NCBI GenBank assembly: GCA_020048645.1
Contig: JAIFMG010000040.1
Span: forward strand, 20,068 to 84,067
DNA from: Bacteroidota bacterium
GTDB lineage: Bacteria > Bacteroidota > Bacteroidia > Bacteroidales > UBA6013
Direction: 5' to 3'
Length of the DNA stretch: 64,000 nt
Positions 28,481-36,978 of the stretch are shown here, in pieces. The notes under the pieces are model-generated. The model was given only the letters and a program-made list of their open reading frames with translations. It ran no database searches and was not told the origin of the DNA. Position 1 is the stretch's first letter. Every line of letters starts with the position of its first letter. Made by a program: the position numbers and the translations under genes.

Positions 28481-28516
28481 ATAGATGGAATCTATCCTGT
28501 GAGTCAAATTATCTAT
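28481..28516 (+). promoter_or_regulatory. OxyR-type operator candidate upstream of dps
   Basis: ATAGatggaatCTAT-cctgtg-AGTCaaattatCTAT. The first half matches the E. coli-type ATAGntnnnanCTAT exactly. The site ends 62 nt before the dps ATG. Confidence 0.4.
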
Positions 28517-28578
28517 TTTGATTATCCAAATGCTTTCCCTAAATTCGCGGAGAGTTACACCTAAAAAAACATCCGACC

Positions 28579-29046
28579 ATGCAAAAGATAATCGGCCTTT
28601 CGAAGGATTACGCAGAAAAGATCGCCGTCAAGCTCAACGAGCTGCTGGCCGACTACGAAGTCTTCTACCAGAACCTCCGGGGCTTCCACTGGAATGTCGT
28701 CGGGCGGGACTTCTTCCAGCTCCACCTCAAGTATGAGGAGATGTACGATGCCGCCTTCGCCTCCATCGACGAGGTGGCCGAGCGCATCCTGACCCTGGGC
28801 CAGCGCCCGCTGCACACCTTCACCGGATTCCTGGCCAGCTCTTCCATCCGCGAGGTCTCGGACGTCAGCGGCGGCATCGAGACGGCCCAGCAAGTGGTCC
28901 AGAACCTGAGCCTGATGCTCGAAAAGGAGCGCGAGGTCCTGGCCCTGGCCTCCGAGAGCAACGACGAGGGAACGGCGGCCATGGTCAGCGACTTCATCAA
29001 GCGCAACGAGAAGGACGCCTGGATGCTCAGCGCCTTCCTGCGCTGA
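28579..29046 (+). CDS. dps: Dps family DNA-protection / ferritin-like protein
   Basis: LNELLADYEVFYQNLRGFHWNVVGRDFFQLHLKYEEMYD...IDEVAERILTLG is the canonical Dps ferroxidase-site region. Confidence 0.9.
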   Translation: MQKIIGLSKDYAEKIAVKLNELLADYEVFYQNLRGFHWNVVGRDFFQLHLKYEEMYDAAFASIDEVAERILTLGQRPLHTFTGFLASSSIREVSDVSGGIETAQQVVQNLSLMLEKEREVLALASESNDEGTAAMVSDFIKRNEKDAWMLSAFLR

Positions 29047-29054
29047 CCGCGCGG

Positions 29055-29105
29055 CCAACCGCCCAAAGGCCGGCCCCGCCGCGGGGCCGGCCTTTGGGCG
29101 GTTGG
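29055..29105 (+). terminator. 24-bp perfect GC-rich hairpin downstream of dps
   Basis: ccaaccgcccaaaggccggccccg-ccg-cggggccggcctttgggcggttgg. It begins 9 nt after the dps stop. There is no U-tract. Confidence 0.55.
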
Positions 29106-29194
29106 GGCGCTCGGGGGTGCCACGCGCCGTTACTGCCGCCGACCGCGAAAGCCGGCGCATCTTTCTGGAAAAGCAACAACCCCGTTGAAAGCCA

Positions 29195-29371
29195 ACGACT
29201 TGCGGCCTACCTGATACCAAGTCGCGTCCAATGGTGATGGATTGCCTTGACGACTTGACCAACCCCTTCGGGGTTCGCCTCTTTGGCTTGGCTACGCTTT
29301 CTGCAACCCTGGCACCCCTTCGGGGTTGGGCGAGTCGTCCAGGCGATCCATCACGTTAGAACACGACTTGG
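29195..29371 (+). ncRNA. Candidate structured RNA (rod-like helix capped by two identical hairpins); alternatively a MITE-like inverted repeat
   Basis: 29217-29224 pairs with 29364-29371. 29234-29257 pairs with 29331-29354 (21 Watson-Crick pairs, 2 G:U, 1 mismatch). Two copies of CCCCTTCGGGGTT lie inside (29263-29275, 29315-29327). The G:U pairs exist only in the plus-strand reading. Confidence 0.3.
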
Positions 29372-29409
29372 CACCAGCATCGAAAGCGGCTGGTCGCCAG
29401 GCCACGGTT

Positions 29410-29468
29410 CCCGCAGGCCCAAGAAAAAAGCCACCTTTTTGGGGTGGCTTTTTTCTTGGGCCTGCGGG
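29410..29468. terminator. 26-bp perfect hairpin with A/T runs in the stem; bidirectional terminator (glnN 3' end)
   Basis: cccgcaggcccaagaaaaaagccacc-tttttgg-ggtggcttttttcttgggcctgcggg. It ends 8 nt from the glnN stop codon (29476). Confidence 0.65.
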
Positions 29469-29475
29469 TGGGCGC

Positions 29476-31665
29476 CTATCGGGCGAAGAGCATCTCGCGG
29501 TACTTGGGCAGGGGCCACATTTGGTCGTCCACGATGAGCTCGAGCTTGTCGATGTGGTAGCGGATGAGGTCGAGGAAGGGGAAGATGGCCTTGGAGTAGT
29601 CGTTGGCGCGCTCGAGGATGTCTTCCTTGGCGTTGGCGACCTTGCGGGCCTCGACCATCTCGTTGACCTTGGCCTTGATGAAGTTGAGGTGGTTTCCGAT
29701 CTCGCGGATGCGGTCCATGCGCGAGGCGGTGAGCTCGGTGGCTTCGGCCTCGGAGAAGATTTCCTTGATGCCGCGGACGCTCTCCACGAGCATGGCCTGG
29801 TAGCGGATGGCGGTGGGGATGATGTGGTTGATGGCCAGGTCTCCGAGCACGCGCGACTCGATCTGGACCTTGCTGATGAAGATTTCGAGGCGGATGTTGT
29901 AGCGGGCCTCGATCTCGCGGCGCGAGAGGACCTCGTTCTCCTCGAAGACCGCGATGGACTCGGGCTGGAGCAGGGCTTGCAGGGCCTCGGGCACGTCGCG
30001 GACGTTGGACAGGCCCCGGCGGGCGGCTTCCTCGACCCACTCGTGGCTGTATCCGTCGCCTTCGAAGCGGACAGACTTGGACTCGACGATGTAGCGGCGC
30101 AGGACCTGGAGGATGGCCTCGTCCTTCTTGATGCCCGCGTCGACCAGGGCGTCCACCTCGTCGGCGAAGAGGCGGAGCTGGTTGGCCACGACGGTGTTGA
30201 GGGTGATCATGGGCGAGCCGCAGTTGGCCGACGAGCCGACGGCGCGGAACTCGAAGCGGTTGCCGGTGAAGGCGAAGGGCGAGGTGCGGTTGCGGTCGGT
30301 GTTGTCGAGCAGGATTTCCGGGATCTTGCCGATGTCGAGCTTGAGGTCGGTCTTCTCGTCGGGGGTCATCTTGCGGTCGGTCACCTTCTCCTCGATCTCG
30401 TCGAGCATCCGGCTGAGCTGGGTGCCCAGGAAGGTGGAGATGATGGCGGGCGGGGCCTCGTGCGCGCCGAGCCGGTGGACGTTGCCGTGGGAGACGATGC
30501 TGGCGCGGAGCAGGTCGGCATGCTGGTGTACGGCCTTGACGGTGTTGACCAGGAAGGTCAGGAACTGCATGTTGGACTTGGGGTTCTTGCCGGGGGCCAG
30601 GAGGTTGACGCCGGTGTCGGTGGCCATGGACCAGTTGTTGTGCTTGCCGGAGCCGTTGATTCCCTTGTAGGGCTTCTCGTGGAACAGGACGCGGAACTTG
30701 TGCCGGCGGGCCACCTTGCGCATGATTTCCATCAGGAGCTGGTTGTGGTCAACGGCCAGGTTGGTCTCCTCGAAGAGGGGCGCGCATTCGAACTGGTTGG
30801 GGGCCACCTCGTTGTGGCGGGTCTTGATCAGCACGCCGAGCTTGTAGCACTCGAATTCGAGGTCGAGCATGAAGGAGGCCACGCGCTCGGGGATGGAGCC
30901 GAAGTAGTGGTCGCTGAGCTGCTGGTCCTTGGCCGAGGAGTGGCCCATGAGGGTGCGGTCGGTGAGGATCAGGTCGGGGCGGGCGTAGTAGAGGGCCTCG
31001 TCGAGCAGGAAGTACTCCTGCTCCCAGCCCAGGGTGGAGATGACCTTGGTGACGGCCTTGTCGAAGTACTGGCAGACGCGGACGGCGGCCTTGTCGAGGG
31101 CGGTCAGGGAGCGCATCAGGGGCGTCTTGTAGTCGAGGGCCTCGCCGGTGTAGGCCACGAAGATGGTGGGGATGCAGAGGGTGGTCTCGACGATGAAGGC
31201 GGGGGAGCTGGGGTCCCAGGCGGAGTAGCCGCGGGCCTCGAAGGTGTTGCGGATGCCGCCGTGCGGGAGGCTGGAGGCGTCGGGCTCCTGCTGCACGAGC
31301 TCGTCGCCGTCGAAGTTCTCGAACAGCTTTCCATCCCGGTCGCGGTCCACGAAGGCGTCATGCTTCTCGGCGGTGGCGTCGTTGAGGGGGTGGAACCAGT
31401 GGGTGTAGTGGGTGACGCCCTGGTCGATGGCCCAGGCCTTCATGCCGATGGCCACCTGGTTGGCGATCTTGCGGTCGATGCGGGTCCCTTTCTCCATGGC
31501 GGTAACCACGGCCTTGTAGGCCTCCTTGGAGAGGTACTTCTGCATCTTGGGCTTGTCGAAGACGTTGATGCCGAAATACTCGGAGGTCTTCTTGGCGGGC
31601 GGGCTGACCTTGAGCGGCTGCCGTGCGAACAGTTCCTGGATGGCGCTGAAACGTATGGATGACAT
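29476..31665 (-). CDS. glnN: Glutamine synthetase type III
   Basis: 729 aa. MSSIRFSAIQELFARQ...EYFGINVFDKPKMQKYLSKEAYKAVV...THYTHWFHPLNDATAEKHDAF is the characteristic GSIII N-terminus, and the length matches Bacteroides-type GSIII. Confidence 0.9.
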   Translation of the reverse strand: MSSIRFSAIQELFARQPLKVSPPAKKTSEYFGINVFDKPKMQKYLSKEAYKAVVTAMEKGTRIDRKIANQVAIGMKAWAIDQGVTHYTHWFHPLNDATAEKHDAFVDRDRDGKLFENFDGDELVQQEPDASSLPHGGIRNTFEARGYSAWDPSSPAFIVETTLCIPTIFVAYTGEALDYKTPLMRSLTALDKAAVRVCQYFDKAVTKVISTLGWEQEYFLLDEALYYARPDLILTDRTLMGHSSAKDQQLSDHYFGSIPERVASFMLDLEFECYKLGVLIKTRHNEVAPNQFECAPLFEETNLAVDHNQLLMEIMRKVARRHKFRVLFHEKPYKGINGSGKHNNWSMATDTGVNLLAPGKNPKSNMQFLTFLVNTVKAVHQHADLLRASIVSHGNVHRLGAHEAPPAIISTFLGTQLSRMLDEIEEKVTDRKMTPDEKTDLKLDIGKIPEILLDNTDRNRTSPFAFTGNRFEFRAVGSSANCGSPMITLNTVVANQLRLFADEVDALVDAGIKKDEAILQVLRRYIVESKSVRFEGDGYSHEWVEEAARRGLSNVRDVPEALQALLQPESIAVFEENEVLSRREIEARYNIRLEIFISKVQIESRVLGDLAINHIIPTAIRYQAMLVESVRGIKEIFSEAEATELTASRMDRIREIGNHLNFIKAKVNEMVEARKVANAKEDILERANDYSKAIFPFLDLIRYHIDKLELIVDDQMWPLPKYREMLFAR

Positions 31666-31929
31666 GGTTTGCTTTTTTTGGAATGAATACTGTTTTCTGT
31701 TGTCGAAAGCATCCGCGAATTAAAGAAAAAATCGACATCCCCCCAATTGAGGTGGGGCTGCCGCGGATTTTGACGCGAATTGGCGGCCCGGCATCGGCTT
31801 TCCTGGTCCTTTGCCCGCCCGCCCCCGCGCGGGCCAAGGAGGGCGTTCGGGGGGGAAAAGCTATTTTCGCGGCCCGCTCGGGGGCCAGTCGCCGCCCACG
31901 GCTCCGCTCACCCCCAAAAACTTCGCGCT

Positions 31930-32814
31930 ATGGCTTTCCTGTCGAAAGAGAAGATCTTCACCCGGCAATGGTTCCGGGCCTACCTGCTGATCGTGCTGGG
32001 CACCTTCATCATGTCGCTGGGCTTCGTGCTCTTCGTCTCGCCCTACAAGCTGGCGCCCGGCGGGGTCTATGGCATCGCCATTGTCCTCCACCACTTGTTC
32101 GGCCTTCCCATCGGCATGACGGCCCTCTCGATGGACATCCCGCTGACGCTGCTGGGCATCCGGGTCCTGGGCCCGCGCTTCGGCATCAAGACGGTGGTGG
32201 GCTTCACCCTGACGGCCGTCTTCGTGGACCTGGTGGAGTGGGCCTGGGGCAGTGAGCCGCTGGTGGAGGGCGACCCGCTGCTCTCGTCGATCTTCGGCGG
32301 GGTGCTGCTGGGCCTGGGCCTGGGCCTGGTCTTCAAGTCCAAGGCCACCTCGGGCGGCTCCGACATCATCGCCATGATCGGCACCCGCTTCCTGCGGATC
32401 CCCCTGGGCCGGATGCTGATCATCGTGGACTCGACCATCGTGCTGGTGGGCCTGCTGGCCTTCGCCGACTGGAAGATCCCGCTCTACTCCTGGATCGTCA
32501 TCTACATCACCGGCAAGGTGATCGACCTGGTGCTGGAAGGGGCCGACGCCGAGCGGACGCTGTTCATCGTCTCGAAGGAGCACGAGCGCATCCGCGCCAA
32601 GATCATCGAGGACCTGGAGCGCGGGGGCACCATCTTCGAGGGCAAGGGCCTCTTCCAGAGCCAGGACAAGCGGGTCATCTTCACGGTGCTCAACCGCCGC
32701 GAGACCGAGGTGCTCAAGGACTTCATCGCCGAGACCGACCCCGAGGCCTTCGTGACCATCCTCAACGCCCACGAGATCCGGGGCGAGGGATTCCGCCGCC
32801 ACGGGGCCGACTGA
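31930..32814 (+). CDS. YitT-family membrane protein (DUF2179 C-terminal domain)
   Basis: The ATG at 31930 gives MAFLSKEKIFTRQWFRAYLLIVLGTFIMSLGFVLFVSPYKLAPGGVYGIA.... It has GGSDII and the C-terminal ...VTILNAHEIRGEGF. Confidence 0.8.
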   Translation: MAFLSKEKIFTRQWFRAYLLIVLGTFIMSLGFVLFVSPYKLAPGGVYGIAIVLHHLFGLPIGMTALSMDIPLTLLGIRVLGPRFGIKTVVGFTLTAVFVDLVEWAWGSEPLVEGDPLLSSIFGGVLLGLGLGLVFKSKATSGGSDIIAMIGTRFLRIPLGRMLIIVDSTIVLVGLLAFADWKIPLYSWIVIYITGKVIDLVLEGADAERTLFIVSKEHERIRAKIIEDLERGGTIFEGKGLFQSQDKRVIFTVLNRRETEVLKDFIAETDPEAFVTILNAHEIRGEGFRRHGAD

Positions 32815-32837
32815 AGCACCTGCAGGCCACAAAAGCC

Positions 32838-32872
32838 AAGCCCGCCTGCCGGACGCGTCCGGAGGCGGGCTT
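32838..32872. terminator. GC-rich hairpin between the yitT-like gene and the 3' end of ssrA
   Basis: aagcccgcct(g)ccggacg-cgtccggaggcgggctt, 17 bp with a one-nt bulge. Confidence 0.55.
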
Positions 32873-32892
32873 GTTCGCCAAAAGGCGGGTAG

Positions 32893-33297
32893 TGGTGGAG
32901 CTGGAGGGAATCGAACCCTCGTCCAAACAAGTGGCCCATAGGCTTTCTACACGCTTATTCCCATCTTGGTTTTCGTGCCTCGCCTGGATTGGGACTTCCG
33001 AACGAGGCCTTGAGCTTCTTTGAGTTTCACCTGGCGCACGAAGCGTTCACCAGGCTATTCCAGTAAGGCGAAGCCTCTGGTCCCCGAGCTACCGGACCTA
33101 ACCCGGGGGAAGCTGGCCGTCCCCCCCGTCCTGGGAAGGATTAAGCGAAATCACGCTGAGCGTGGATTAAGCAGCGAGCCTGTAAGAAGTAGTGTTGCCA
33201 GTTAAAGGTTCGCGGACATTGATTAACGAGTATAGTTCGCATCACTCGGCGTGCTTACCTACCAACCTACGTTGCTGTCGATAGCCATGTCAGCCCC
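32893..33297 (-). ncRNA. ssrA: tmRNA (SsrA)
   Basis: The minus strand reads 5'-GGGGCTGACATGGCTATCGAC...GGACGAGGGTTCGATTCCCTCCAGCTCCACCA-3', giving a tRNA-Ala-like acceptor and T-arm. The internal tag ORF GGC AAC ACT ACT TCT TAC AGG CTC GCT GCT TAA encodes (G)NTTSYRLAA*. Confidence 0.85.
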
Positions 33298-33630
33298 ATT
33301 GCCAACTTAGGCATCGCGAAGATAGGCATATTTCCCCGGGACGCAAAAAAAAATGGGGGATTGGTCGTTTTTTTTGTGAAAGCAAGGAACCCAGGCCCAA
33401 TGGAGGGTCCCATGCTCTTGATCGCCAGTGCTTTGACTGCTAGCGCCCATCCCATCCGCGGCAGCAGCCCCCTTTTTCCGCAAAAACGTCCCTGGAAGCC
33501 AAAAAGATTGCCTTGCCGCCAAATTTCGGCTGCCCCGCGGGCCCTGCCTTTGCCTGCCTTTTGCTACCTTTGGCCCCTAGGCGCCGCCCTCGACGGCCCC
33601 GGAAACAACCCTCAACAACTCCACGAAGCC

Positions 33631-34848
33631 ATGATCAAAGACGTCAAAATCGGCATACTGCGCGAGACCAAGAAACCGCTCGACCGCCGGGTGGCCCTCT
33701 CGCCGGGCAAGGCCCAGGGCCTGCTGCACCGCTACCCGCACGTGCAGGTGCTGGTGCAGCCCAGCCCCACCCGCTGCTACCCCGACCACGAGTACGACTC
33801 GAAGGGGATCACCCTGCAAGAAGACCTCAGCGGATGCGACTACCTGCTCGGGGTCAAGGAGGTGGACCCCGAAAGCCTGCTGCCGGGCAAGACCTACCTC
33901 TTCTTCTCGCACACGGCCAAGAAGCAGTCTGGCAACCGCCGGCTGCTCCAGGAGGCGCTGCGCCGAGGCATCACCCTGATAGACTACGAGTACCTGACCG
34001 ACCTCGACGGCAAGCGGCTCGTGGCCTTCGGGCACTGGGCCGGGGTCGTGGGCGCCTACAACGGCCTCTACGCCCTGGGCCTGCGCGAGAAGGCCTACGA
34101 GCTGCCCCGCGCCCACAGCCTGCTGGATGTCAAGCAGATGTACGAGGCCCTCGAGCGCATCGACCTGCCGAAGACCAAGATCGTCATCACGGGCGGAGGC
34201 CGCGTCGCCCACGGGGCCATGGAGGTCCTGGTCTCGATGGACATCGAGAAGGTCAGCCCGCAGGAGTTCCTCAGCCGCGAGTTCGACAAGACCGTCTTCA
34301 CCCAGCTCGACCCCTGGCACTACGTCGAGCGCGAGGATGGCAAGATGTTCGACTCGCAGCACTTCTACAAGCACCCCGACCAGTACCAGTCGCGCTTCCT
34401 GCCCTACGCCAAGGCCGCCGACATGCTCATCACGGGCCACTACTGGGACCCCCGCTCGCCCGAGTTCTTCACCCGCGAGCAGATGCTCGAGCCCGGCTTC
34501 CGCCTCAAGGTCATCGCCGACGTGAGCTGCGACCTCGACGGGCCCATCCCCTCCACCCTGCGCCCGGCCTCCATCGCCGAGCCGCTCTACGGCTACTCGC
34601 CCCAGACCGGCGCCGAGACCGCGCCCTTCGAGCCGGGCAGCGTAACAGTCATGGCCGTGGACAACCTCCCCGGCGAGGCGCCCCGCAGCTCGTCCATCGA
34701 CTTCGGCGCCGGCCTGGTCGAGCGGGTCTTCCCCTCGCTGCTGCTGCGCGACATCGACGGCGTCATCGACAGGGCCACCATCGCCCACCAGGGCGAGCTG
34801 GCCCCGGCCTTCGCCTACCTGCGCGGCTTCGCCGAGGGCGATGAGTGA
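33631..34848 (+). CDS. NAD(P)-dependent oxidoreductase of the alanine dehydrogenase/PNT (saccharopine dehydrogenase-like) family
   Basis: The ATG at 33631 gives MIKDVKIGILRETKKPLDRRVALSP.... It has a Rossmann GxGxxA/G motif (ITGGGRVAHGAMEV). The upstream part of ORF 33361.. is non-coding-like. Confidence 0.7.
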   Translation: MIKDVKIGILRETKKPLDRRVALSPGKAQGLLHRYPHVQVLVQPSPTRCYPDHEYDSKGITLQEDLSGCDYLLGVKEVDPESLLPGKTYLFFSHTAKKQSGNRRLLQEALRRGITLIDYEYLTDLDGKRLVAFGHWAGVVGAYNGLYALGLREKAYELPRAHSLLDVKQMYEALERIDLPKTKIVITGGGRVAHGAMEVLVSMDIEKVSPQEFLSREFDKTVFTQLDPWHYVEREDGKMFDSQHFYKHPDQYQSRFLPYAKAADMLITGHYWDPRSPEFFTREQMLEPGFRLKVIADVSCDLDGPIPSTLRPASIAEPLYGYSPQTGAETAPFEPGSVTVMAVDNLPGEAPRSSSIDFGAGLVERVFPSLLLRDIDGVIDRATIAHQGELAPAFAYLRGFAEGDE

Positions 34849-35015
34849 AGAGCCCGTGCCCAACATCTCCACGGCGGCCCTCCGGTTCGGAGGGCCGTTT
34901 TTTTGTCGGCTCCCGCGCTTGACTTTTTGCTTTTTTTTGGTGAAATTGAGAAGCAAGCCCCAACGGCTGGACGCGCCGCCCAGCGGGCGAAAACCTCCCC
35001 AATCTTAACAAGAAA

Positions 35016-35819
35016 ATGGTAGAAGTAATTGAAAGCCAAGGCAGGAAGATCCGATACGAAGACAACGGCCACGGCAAATGCGTCGTGCTCCTGCACGGAT
35101 ACCTCGAATCCATCGAAATCTGGCGCGGCCTCGACAGCGACCTGGCCAAGCGGTTCCGGGTCGTCAACATCGACCTGCCCGGGCATGGCGCCAGCGACGA
35201 CTTCGGCCCCAGCCAGTCCATCGAGCAGATGGCCGAGGCCGTGCGCGCCGTGCTCGACGCCGAGCAGGTCCAAAGGGCCACCCTGGTCGGCCACTCGATG
35301 GGCGGATACGTGGCCCTGGCCTTCGCCGAGCTCTTCCCCGAGCGGCTGCAGGCCCTCTGCCTCTTCCACTCGCACCCCTTCGCCGACCCCGACGAGGCCC
35401 GCGAGAACCGCGACCGGCAGATCGCGCTGGTCTTGCAGGGCCAGAAGAACAAGCTCTGCCGCATGAACGTGCCCAAGGTCTTCGCCCAAGACAACCTCGA
35501 GGATTTCGCCTTCGATGTCGAATATTGCGTCGAGGTGGCCCAGATGACCCCCGACTCGGGCGTCGTGGCCTGCCTCAACGCCATGAAGCACCGCCCCGAC
35601 CGGACCGAGACCCTGGCAAGCCTCAAGGCGCCCTTCCTCTACATCGTCGGCAAGCACGACAACTTCTTCCCCTTCGCCCACCTGGCCCAGGTGCGCCTGC
35701 CCGTGCTGACCACCCTGGCCGTCTTCGAGCACTCGGGGCACCAAGGTTTCATGGAAGAGGCCGACAAGGCCCTGGCCACCCTGGAGGCCTTCCTCGACAA
35801 CCTCGACAGCGACGAGTAG
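35016..35819 (+). CDS. Alpha/beta hydrolase
   Basis: VVLLHGYLESIEIW...NIDLPGHGAS...LVGHSMGGYVAL, with the nucleophile elbow GHSMG. Confidence 0.8.
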   Translation: MVEVIESQGRKIRYEDNGHGKCVVLLHGYLESIEIWRGLDSDLAKRFRVVNIDLPGHGASDDFGPSQSIEQMAEAVRAVLDAEQVQRATLVGHSMGGYVALAFAELFPERLQALCLFHSHPFADPDEARENRDRQIALVLQGQKNKLCRMNVPKVFAQDNLEDFAFDVEYCVEVAQMTPDSGVVACLNAMKHRPDRTETLASLKAPFLYIVGKHDNFFPFAHLAQVRLPVLTTLAVFEHSGHQGFMEEADKALATLEAFLDNLDSDE

Positions 35820-36007
35820 CGAGCCCGACCACCGCGCAACGGAGCCGACCAGCCTTAGGGCAGCGGAGCCCACTCCGGGGCAGGCGGAGCGCCCCCGCCA
35901 GGGTGGGCTTTTTGCGGGCGATTTTTGGATTTTCTTCCCAGAATCGCAACGAAATTCATGCGCTTGTCCTTCCTTTGCCAACGCCTTCTCGCTTAACTGC
36001 CAGATTC

Positions 36008-36019
36008 GCAAACGTTTGC
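36008..36019. promoter_or_regulatory. Perfect 12-bp palindrome GCAAACGTTTGC (LacI/PurR-type operator-like)
   Basis: cGCAAACGTTTGCa. A second near-copy, cGCAAACGTTTACg, lies at 36132-36143. Both are upstream of the DUF2461 gene. Confidence 0.3.
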
Positions 36020-36040
36020 AAAGGCTATCGCAAATGGCTT

Positions 36041-36091
36041 CAAATGTTAAAAAAATGCAAAAGAAGTGTTTTTTCATTTTTTTAACATTTG
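36041..36091. repeat. AT-rich inverted repeat with 17-bp perfect arms and a 17-nt spacer
   Basis: caaatgttaaaaaaatg (36041-36057) ... catttttttaacatttg (36075-36091). Confidence 0.7.
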
Positions 36092-36131
36092 AAGGCCAAA
36101 CAAAAGACATTCAAGTAGTTATCTTCCTAGC

Positions 36132-36143
36132 GCAAACGTTTAC
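36132..36143. promoter_or_regulatory. Second copy of the GCAAACGTTT(A/G)C operator-like box
   Basis: gCGCAAACGTTTACGcc, 103 nt upstream of the ATG at 36246. Confidence 0.3.
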
Positions 36144-36245
36144 GCCTTGAATATCAGCGCTCTCGAAGAACCGAGGCGCCCCCGGAGGCAGTATCGCGAA
36201 TGGAGTCGATTTGTATTTTTGCAATGAACCCACTTGAAAACGGAT

Positions 36246-36905
36246 ATGCCAGAAAATGCGATTCTGCCCTTCTTGTCGGACCTGAAGGGGAACAACAAAA
36301 AGGAATGGTTCGAGGCCAACAGGGAGCGCTACCTGCAAGCCAAGTCTGCTTTCACGGAACTTGTCCGGGCCGCCCTCAACGGATTGGCGGCCGAAAATCC
36401 GGCCCTGGCGGCGGTTCGTCCTGAAGATTGCATCTTCCGGATCCACCAAGACCAGCGCTTCACCAAGGACAAGGCCCCCTACAAGGCCCACTTCGGAGCC
36501 ATCCTGGCCCCCGAAGGGACCAAGACCCGGCAGGCGGGCTACTACATCCACCTCGAGGACGGTGGGTCCATGCTGGGGGCAGGCGCCTACAGCCCGGACA
36601 GCAAGTCCTTGAAAGCCATCCGCGACGCCATTCTGGACGAGCCGGATGCCTTCAGCCGAATCATCGAGAGCGATGCTTTCCGGCAAACCTTCGGGGAAAT
36701 CAGGGGCGAGAAGGTCAAGACCTTGCCCCGCGGCGTGGACAAAGACCACCCGCGCCGCGAACTGGTCCGGTTCAAGAGCTACGAAATCCTCGTGCCCTTG
36801 CGCTCCGACGAGCTGCTGGACCCGGAGTTCTTTGACAGGATGATCGAGGCCTTCAGACAGGCCAAGCCATACAACGACTTCTTGAACAAGGCGTTGAACT
36901 TTTAG
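36246..36905 (+). CDS. DUF2461 (TIGR02453) family protein
   Basis: The track ORF starts at TTG 36234. The first ATG at 36246 gives MPENAILPFLSDLKGNNKKEWFEANRERYLQAK...CIFRIHQDQRFTKDKAPYKAHFG, the family signature. Confidence 0.75.
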   Translation: MPENAILPFLSDLKGNNKKEWFEANRERYLQAKSAFTELVRAALNGLAAENPALAAVRPEDCIFRIHQDQRFTKDKAPYKAHFGAILAPEGTKTRQAGYYIHLEDGGSMLGAGAYSPDSKSLKAIRDAILDEPDAFSRIIESDAFRQTFGEIRGEKVKTLPRGVDKDHPRRELVRFKSYEILVPLRSDELLDPEFFDRMIEAFRQAKPYNDFLNKALNF

Positions 36906-36947
36906 GTTTTTTATTTTCATTGCTCTAGTTAGTTTTTTGAGGGTTGG

Positions 36948-36978
36948 ACCCGTCGGAGATCACTCTCCGGCGGGTTTT
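36948..36978 (+). terminator. Intrinsic terminator after the DUF2461 gene
   Basis: acccgtcggaga-tcac-tctccggcgggt (12 bp including one G:U), followed by TTTT. Confidence 0.6.

Noticed and set aside
29261-29327. The two CCCCTTCGGGG hairpins, first read as cUUCGg tetraloops (which would be strong evidence for an RNA).
   Set aside because: On recounting, each is CCCC-TTC-GGGG: a 3-nt loop, or a 5-nt loop after opening one pair. It is not a C(UUCG)G tetraloop, so that argument was dropped. The strand inference rests only on two G:U positions.
32893-32935. A tRNA-like T-arm and acceptor with CCA, considered as a possible tRNA gene and island attachment site.
   Set aside because: It is the 3' end of the 405-nt tmRNA, whose 5' GGGGCTGA partner lies at 33290-33297. 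I found no independent tRNA.
36111-36920. A 269-aa minus-strand ORF overlapping the DUF2461 gene, and the 431-aa minus ORF at 34815-36110.
   Set aside because: They are antisense shadows of the well-supported plus-strand genes (DUF2461 and the alpha/beta hydrolase). The part at 35820-36110 crosses an AT-rich regulatory spacer and gives an implausible peptide.
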